From positions 32,001 through 96,000 of IMG/VR virus record IMGVR_UViG_3300043395_003024: a stretch of DNA of 64,000 nt. The stretch is one strand, 5' to 3'. This document shows positions 59,201-64,000 of this stretch, one piece after another. Below the pieces are notes generated by a model. It had not been told where the DNA came from, did no database searches, and was given only the letters and a program-made list of their open reading frames with translations. Source of the stretch: a virus. The number at the start of each line of letters is the position of its first letter. Within the stretch, counting starts at the first letter, position 1. The position numbers and the translations under genes are program-made.

Positions 59201-62200
59201 CCCTCCGCCGAAGCCAAGCAAAAAATTTAAGAGTGCAAAAGAAGCATCTGACCATGGCGCGCGCGAGCGCAGACGGGTAAAAGCCACTCCAGAACAGAAA
59301 AAGGCCATGAAAGAGCTAGGCGATGTAGCCGAATCTGACGTTGGCATGCTCCTTGACCCGGCGACACAGACGCGGGCCGGACGCGCAATGAACAAGAGAA
59401 ATGCAAGACTAAAGAGGCTAGGCCTAGAGGTTGACCCAATGTCTTCTGATGAAGCGGACACTGTTCAGCAAGTCGAAAAACTTTTGATACCAACAATGGA
59501 GGCGATTGATGGAACATCTGTTGCCGACCCGTTTGAAATGGAAGCAATTATTGATTTCGAGGCAGGCGTCTTAAAGGGCAAACTAGATGGAAAAGAAGTT
59601 GATGTTGACAAGTTTGTTTCTGGTCGTGTCATAACTAGTAGAACAAAAAAGACAGACATGCCAGAACGCGGCCGGCGAGATGCAAAAACAGGCCGCACTT
59701 CTAGGCGCGTTGTTGTCCAGGTGAGAGAAGGCGACCGTGGATTATTCCCAGCAACAGGCGGAGAGGGCGAACAGAAGTTCGTTGCCCCGCCAGGACGATT
59801 GAGAATTATCGGCAGGGACTCCGACGGTACAATCAGGGCAGAAATTTCTTATCAAAAAGATGCTGTTGAAGTTGTCGATGGCATGGCGGATAGCTTGTCA
59901 AAGAATAAAACTGATGCAATATGGGCTCAGAGCCATGCCAAAAAAATACAGGCAGTTGCAGACAAATATGTTTCAAAGAGACGGGCATCTGGGAAAACGT
60001 TCCCAGGCTCGCGAAGCGACTATGACGACGTAGCTGCAAAATCAACATCTGACGTGCTTGATGACGTCATAGACGCCGGTGGCTCATTTGGAGAAGGCAT
60101 TGATGACCTGCCACCAGATGGGCCGTCAGGACGTTCAGGTTCACTGTCATCTGGCGCCGTAAATGGGAAAAGAAGTGCCCTTGGCGTGCCTGCGACACGA
60201 CAGCAACGGACTCAATCACGCGAATCGAGAATGTCTTCCGTTACGAGAAATATTAAAACCGCACTTGGCGGTGGACGTGGCGACGGCAGTATTTCTCGGG
60301 GAGATATTCACCCAGAAGTTGCTGACCTGATAGCCGGACTCCCCGAAGAGGTTCTCATTTCAAGGGCACAGGCAACCGCATACAGAATGCATGAAGGTTT
60401 TGATAGAAGAGTCAGAGTGCGCGCGACTGACGCTGACATAGAAAGACTTTCATCAGGCCGCGGAATACGCTCTCCGTTCTCGTCCCCATCAGATGAAACT
60501 GCAAGGGCATCGAGAAGGGCTGAACGCCTAGCCGGTATGCCGCCAGAACAGCGTTCTGCAAGACTTTCTTCTGGTAGGACAATTGATTCAAGCGAAAACC
60601 TAGCCGAACGCAGGCGTCAGGAAAAAGACGTTGCCAAACGCGCCCTGTCCGTCTTTGACGACGTTATCAATAGTGGGCAAAACGTAAACGACATGTCTGA
60701 TGACGAGATATCAAAGAGATTTGGTGGGTCGGTTAAGCGGTCTGCAAGAAAGTCAATCAGCGAAAAAGACTCGAACCTTTATGAGGTTGACGATGTTTCT
60801 ACTGCCGTAGCGCTCATGATGCTTGGACACCACGTTGAGGTAAGAGACCAAGATATTCGCCTTACGGAGCAGGCACAAAAAGTCTTTGAAAAAGAGGTTA
60901 AATCAGTAGCTAAAAAGCATATTAAAGAAAACCATCCGCGCTGGAGAGCATTTCAAGAGGAATATGCACTCAAAAACCCAGGACTAGATATCGACAACCC
61001 GGATGTTAGAAAAGCAATGGAAAGCGAGTACGTAGGCAACTATCAGGCTGACCTATGTTCGCTTTATAACCCTGCGAACAACTTAATGTGCTCTGGCCAC
61101 ATAGGTATCGACAGAGAAAAAATGCCACAGACAAATGGTCGCTCATCTGGTCAAAATACAAAGGCAATAATGGCCCTTAAAGCTGGCGTGGCTGCAGGAA
61201 AATGGGAGCCATCAAAGGACGGAATAACGAGAAATAGGGAACTTGAAATTGAGTTTGCCGAAGAGCTAGACGCAAAAATAGCAAAAATCAATAGGAAGAG
61301 GTCACAAGAAATACCACCTAAGGATGCTGTTTCTGATGATGAAATTCCAGGAATTCTTTATGAAATAATTGCAGACAAGCACTCGCTGCGCAATGAGCTA
61401 AGTGGCAAAACGCAGCGCGAACATATGGAAGACTCATTTAGTTTGCTTTCAGATAAAGCAAAGCAGTGGCTATATGAAAATACTGACTGGAACGATACAG
61501 AGGTTAACCTAGAAACGCCATTCATAAATTGGCTCAATGGCGTAATAGATGTTGAGGACCCACAGAATGGTGCGGCAGTTCGATTGAGAAAAGTTGACCC
61601 TAGCGAATATGCACCGTCACAGCAACAACTTGTAGCATCAAAAGTTGACTCAACCGCACAAACAATTCAGGAAACTGCGATAAAAATCGCAGAGCAGATA
61701 AGGGCTGCATCGCCAGGAATATCAGATGAAGAATTTAGAGTAAAGTATTTAGAAGAAATGGGTAAAGAATGGTTCATGCAGCCAATCCTTACAACACGAG
61801 ATAAGTACATCTTAGATGGTCACCATAGGTGGGCAGGGATAGTTGTCGGCAATAGGTCTCTGCCGCCTGAGCTTCAAATACCACTTTCTGCTAATGAGGT
61901 TCAAACAGATATCATCGAGGGACTTACGCTTGGAAAAGTATTCCAGGATGCGTTTGGGATTAAGGAAGCGCGTCTTGGTGCAGAGCTTCGCTGGGATGGA
62001 AAACAAGAAAACATACCTCAGATATCTCCAGATGAATTTGATGCAATATCTACAGACTTAACTGCAAATGCACCAAGGCTAATCGATGAGAAATATAATC
62101 AGGGAGACTATATCCAGCTCGGGTCAGTAGGACTCCGTAATAATCCAGACTATGCACAAGCAGTTGAGTTCAGACAAAGACTTGCACGTACGCGCGGGCA

Positions 62201-63686
62201 AAGCGATATAGCCGCGGCGCGCGAAAGACAACTTGATGAGGCGATAAGAGCGGCAGATATAGAACGTTCCGGCCGCTTATCAAGTGGCAAGAAAGGTTCG
62301 CCTGGTAGACAGAGCGTTGGACGTTTAGCAAAAATGCGCAAATCTAAGGCTGATAAGCGCAAAATTGAGCGCGAGCGTGAGCTACGTAATCTGTATGGCG
62401 AAGATGTTGGAGATATAACACGTTATTTCAGTGGAATGCTGTCTCGCGACGATGCTGACCTAATGATTTACAATGATTTTGTTGAGGGCGGCGAAAAAAT
62501 TGAAAGAGTGGCCCGCAGATATGAGATATCAACTGATGAAGTAAATAGTGCTATCGAGCGATTTAAAAATCTTGATGCAGAAACACAACAGGAACTACGG
62601 GATAGGGCAATAACACGAAATGGCCCATTACCAACAGAAACATCAGGAAGATTATCGTCTGGGAAAACACTCAACAGGTCGTCTGAACAGTATGCACGTG
62701 AATACTATTCTCGAATAGGTCTTCCAGAATCCGTAAGCAACGACTCTCTGCCAGTAAGCGGATATCTAGTTCACAAGTCGCATCTTGATGCCAAGAGACA
62801 GCAAATAATGAATTCAAAGAATGGCAACCTAAGGCCGGATGCTGTTTACGAGATAGGGGACGAAGACGTTGTTGGCGATGGACTGACAGCATTTGGCGAC
62901 ATAGAAATTGTTCTTAGACCATCAGTATCCGAGAGAACTGCTTATGGTCGCGGCAATTCAATATCGTCTGCTCATCGACCTGTCAAGCTAAACTCCCGCA
63001 ACAGAGAAGACGTTGCTGATGCTATATTGAACCCAGACGGCATCAACGGAGATAAGCAGGCGCAGGAAGCGTTCCTGCACATGCTTTCGTCGTCAATAAA
63101 TAACGATTTCTCAAACGTAAACGCGTCAAGAGGCTCGAAAGGAACAATGCCAAGTTCCTTTGACAAGAATCTTCCAGATGGTTCATCAAGAGAGCCGTTT
63201 GAAGCGCAGATACTTGGTGGATTTGACATAAATGAAGTCGAACAAGTCAATATCCCATTCAAGAGGCTTCAGTCTGCTGGCGAAAAAGAAAATATTAGCG
63301 ATGCGGTCAACGAGCGGTCAATAGCAGAGAAACTGAGGTCTGCTGGGTTCTCTCCAGAAGAGATTCAATATTTTTACTCAATCGGCGGTGGCAAAAATAT
63401 CAACACGCAAAGCATGGCAATGCTGCGACAGTACAGAGCATCTCAAAAAATAAAAACAGACATGGCCAGCAAGGGTCTTAATAATGTCAAGTTTGCCCAT
63501 CCAACCGGTTTCAACATAGAAGACCCGCGGTCGCACTCCAAGGCAGCAAGGGGAGGAGAGTCGGTCGAGTCCGTCCTGATTAGGGCTATTGGGGATGAAA
63601 TAGTCGAAGCTGCGAAAGACATGATGAAAGAAATGAAAAACAGCCGTAAGCCGCAAATAACGTCAACTTCTGGTGGAATGCTATGA
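56211..63686 (+). CDS. Giant polyvalent protein: zincin + degenerate ART-like + ParB/Srx + HTH + DUF3626-like domains
   Basis: RCPPGTPAANQF; HESAH..EASAE; DKFVSG..EQKFVAPPG; PSQ..ILDGHHRWA; IERVARRYEIS; PVSGY..FGDIEIVLR..GNS..EAQILGG. Confidence 0.8.
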   Translation: MAKTPQTRERVIVSARLIVPTSCCGGFNEKAVRFRTSINSSVSSGRLQAEMATKAITSGFGIRVKAYVDTDNKKREFTGDSRPGVESNEYGYRWEKSATWEPGSRLVISPSFKSREGMGTEPNVGWIKPDKNAPKNFAETLERIRSKPTIKLSKYKVNPKTDEVIPDSEQVIDPFGITAGLSYEEKQKAIQKYKGNLIEKKMLPGRSLESRVPGGSLLSRAAAVFGILRDENNKFRCPPGTPAANQFTDATGSNCFGFSPSRFARFAARQAAKLTAEGEYQGLRNNARSFFNFLYNDQYSAEARGVADPALLGRSVYWDSISGDRFKPPSWREIEVPGNLRMFKNGAVRGQDDIARQKASVARIVESLGIDPADPDASLKAAQALRKMWEDTGGAAGWDLEILNVSGDGAALLDDFEIKQFMEARLQSVPGWGALSKEERDRLLLSDIGRYKETQKAMFDTLLDLFSKDPAGMRSIGRIEYNFFSDDEAGTSLYRDAPKLVQALNPDGTPRLDRDGNPVMRKVPGEMRTAIHINMAEILSNQESMLPDMRPDQRLAISAVGARSEAEGRLAVADFLINADYASRGMAGLLDGVYSFSSHIMLHESAHHKQAQLFQEKIMSEIADKGFITVPVIRDGVKIGERNVDSIYKLSGDDLMAIMTDTADSINLDSLNDAMERIKAIAPLAGSYPRDTYIEGSEVWALEASAELWALRERGIIYGEDIDAALEWMDSASFAAAARERASADDDSAMDSMDDVFRIPTPTTVPDDMPDDVIEETLADRDERLASELREEIKRFKTVFGELPEEEMFDEAAIIASQRDNAKRRLDAVRDFEIDPTLPDDERISLESMKAEAIKDCQRALDYHTKKYDEASKIWRKKYGVGASGEKKRFEDSVREVREREGLLDVGEMEEIARLADLDDLRESVKGMPEKKVIRKLADDEVRLSTMDPASPEARDLAERIDVIKDQHAKNLKEAGDTRSITAVKRDIDKKVKDTISPPPKPSKKFKSAKEASDHGARERRRVKATPEQKKAMKELGDVAESDVGMLLDPATQTRAGRAMNKRNARLKRLGLEVDPMSSDEADTVQQVEKLLIPTMEAIDGTSVADPFEMEAIIDFEAGVLKGKLDGKEVDVDKFVSGRVITSRTKKTDMPERGRRDAKTGRTSRRVVVQVREGDRGLFPATGGEGEQKFVAPPGRLRIIGRDSDGTIRAEISYQKDAVEVVDGMADSLSKNKTDAIWAQSHAKKIQAVADKYVSKRRASGKTFPGSRSDYDDVAAKSTSDVLDDVIDAGGSFGEGIDDLPPDGPSGRSGSLSSGAVNGKRSALGVPATRQQRTQSRESRMSSVTRNIKTALGGGRGDGSISRGDIHPEVADLIAGLPEEVLISRAQATAYRMHEGFDRRVRVRATDADIERLSSGRGIRSPFSSPSDETARASRRAERLAGMPPEQRSARLSSGRTIDSSENLAERRRQEKDVAKRALSVFDDVINSGQNVNDMSDDEISKRFGGSVKRSARKSISEKDSNLYEVDDVSTAVALMMLGHHVEVRDQDIRLTEQAQKVFEKEVKSVAKKHIKENHPRWRAFQEEYALKNPGLDIDNPDVRKAMESEYVGNYQADLCSLYNPANNLMCSGHIGIDREKMPQTNGRSSGQNTKAIMALKAGVAAGKWEPSKDGITRNRELEIEFAEELDAKIAKINRKRSQEIPPKDAVSDDEIPGILYEIIADKHSLRNELSGKTQREHMEDSFSLLSDKAKQWLYENTDWNDTEVNLETPFINWLNGVIDVEDPQNGAAVRLRKVDPSEYAPSQQQLVASKVDSTAQTIQETAIKIAEQIRAASPGISDEEFRVKYLEEMGKEWFMQPILTTRDKYILDGHHRWAGIVVGNRSLPPELQIPLSANEVQTDIIEGLTLGKVFQDAFGIKEARLGAELRWDGKQENIPQISPDEFDAISTDLTANAPRLIDEKYNQGDYIQLGSVGLRNNPDYAQAVEFRQRLARTRGQSDIAAARERQLDEAIRAADIERSGRLSSGKKGSPGRQSVGRLAKMRKSKADKRKIERERELRNLYGEDVGDITRYFSGMLSRDDADLMIYNDFVEGGEKIERVARRYEISTDEVNSAIERFKNLDAETQQELRDRAITRNGPLPTETSGRLSSGKTLNRSSEQYAREYYSRIGLPESVSNDSLPVSGYLVHKSHLDAKRQQIMNSKNGNLRPDAVYEIGDEDVVGDGLTAFGDIEIVLRPSVSERTAYGRGNSISSAHRPVKLNSRNREDVADAILNPDGINGDKQAQEAFLHMLSSSINNDFSNVNASRGSKGTMPSSFDKNLPDGSSREPFEAQILGGFDINEVEQVNIPFKRLQSAGEKENISDAVNERSIAEKLRSAGFSPEEIQYFYSIGGGKNINTQSMAMLRQYRASQKIKTDMASKGLNNVKFAHPTGFNIEDPRSHSKAARGGESVESVLIRAIGDEIVEAAKDMMKEMKNSRKPQITSTSGGML

Positions 63687-64000
63687 AGTCAATACTCGTA
63701 GGTCTCCTCAATGACAGCAGGGTCTACTACAACGCTGAGGCAAAGCCCGGGGAAAAAGACGCAATAATAGAAAAACCAGATGGGACTACTATCAAGGGGT
63801 ACATAATGAGCATTTCAACAACTGCTCGTGACTTCAGGAAGCTTCGTTCAACGCCATTTCAGAGATTTCTATGGGACGCGCCCAAGGACCCGACGTCTGG
63901 AGCGTGGTATGAAACTTTTATTGAAAAAACACGCCCAATAAAAGACTCAATGCTTGACAAGATGCCAGCCAAAAAGTCTGTTGGCAAAAACAAGAAAAAG
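63683..64000 (+). CDS. Hypothetical protein (3' truncated)
   Basis: ATGA overlap with the previous gene; frame is open to the window end (MKSILVGLLNDSRVYY...). Confidence 0.7.
   Translation, partial: MKSILVGLLNDSRVYYNAEAKPGEKDAIIEKPDGTTIKGYIMSISTTARDFRKLRSTPFQRFLWDAPKDPTSGAWYETFIEKTRPIKDSMLDKMPAKKSVGKNKKK

Noticed and set aside
45635-63686. Inteins or introns explaining the giant ORF sizes
   Set aside because: No C/S...HN-C/S/T splice junction pairs or LAGLIDADG motifs were recognised, and the frames are continuous.

Overview
The whole window is part of a large tailed-phage genome: a contractile-tailed myovirus, probably infecting Actinobacteria (inferred from leaderless-looking starts and protein styles). 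Layout: (1) 1-13.8 kb, + strand: collagen-like and Gly-rich fibre genes with an embedded set of tailoring enzymes (2OG-Fe(II) oxygenase, methyltransferase-like protein, flavin-dependent halogenase, DUF6065-like protein, GT4 glycosyltransferase). (2) 13.8-33.5 kb, - strand: baseplate, tape measure, tail chaperone with a -1 frameshift, tube, sheath and neck. (3) 34.3-43.1 kb, - strand: terminase, Sak/RecB/HNH/RuvC recombination genes and a ParB / PAPS-reductase (IbrAB-like) module. (4) 43.1-64 kb, + strand: portal and head genes, including two giant multidomain proteins of 2943 and 2491 aa. The most striking signal is a recurring LSSG peptide, encoded by different synonymous codons each time, at the domain boundaries of both giant proteins. 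The first giant is an HK97-type prohead protease fused to ArdC, zincin and SF1 helicase domains. Together this suggests a capsid-packaged, proteolytically processed polyprotein cargo system. No major capsid gene, tRNA, rRNA or CRISPR array was recognised. All family assignments come from motif recognition by eye, not database searches.
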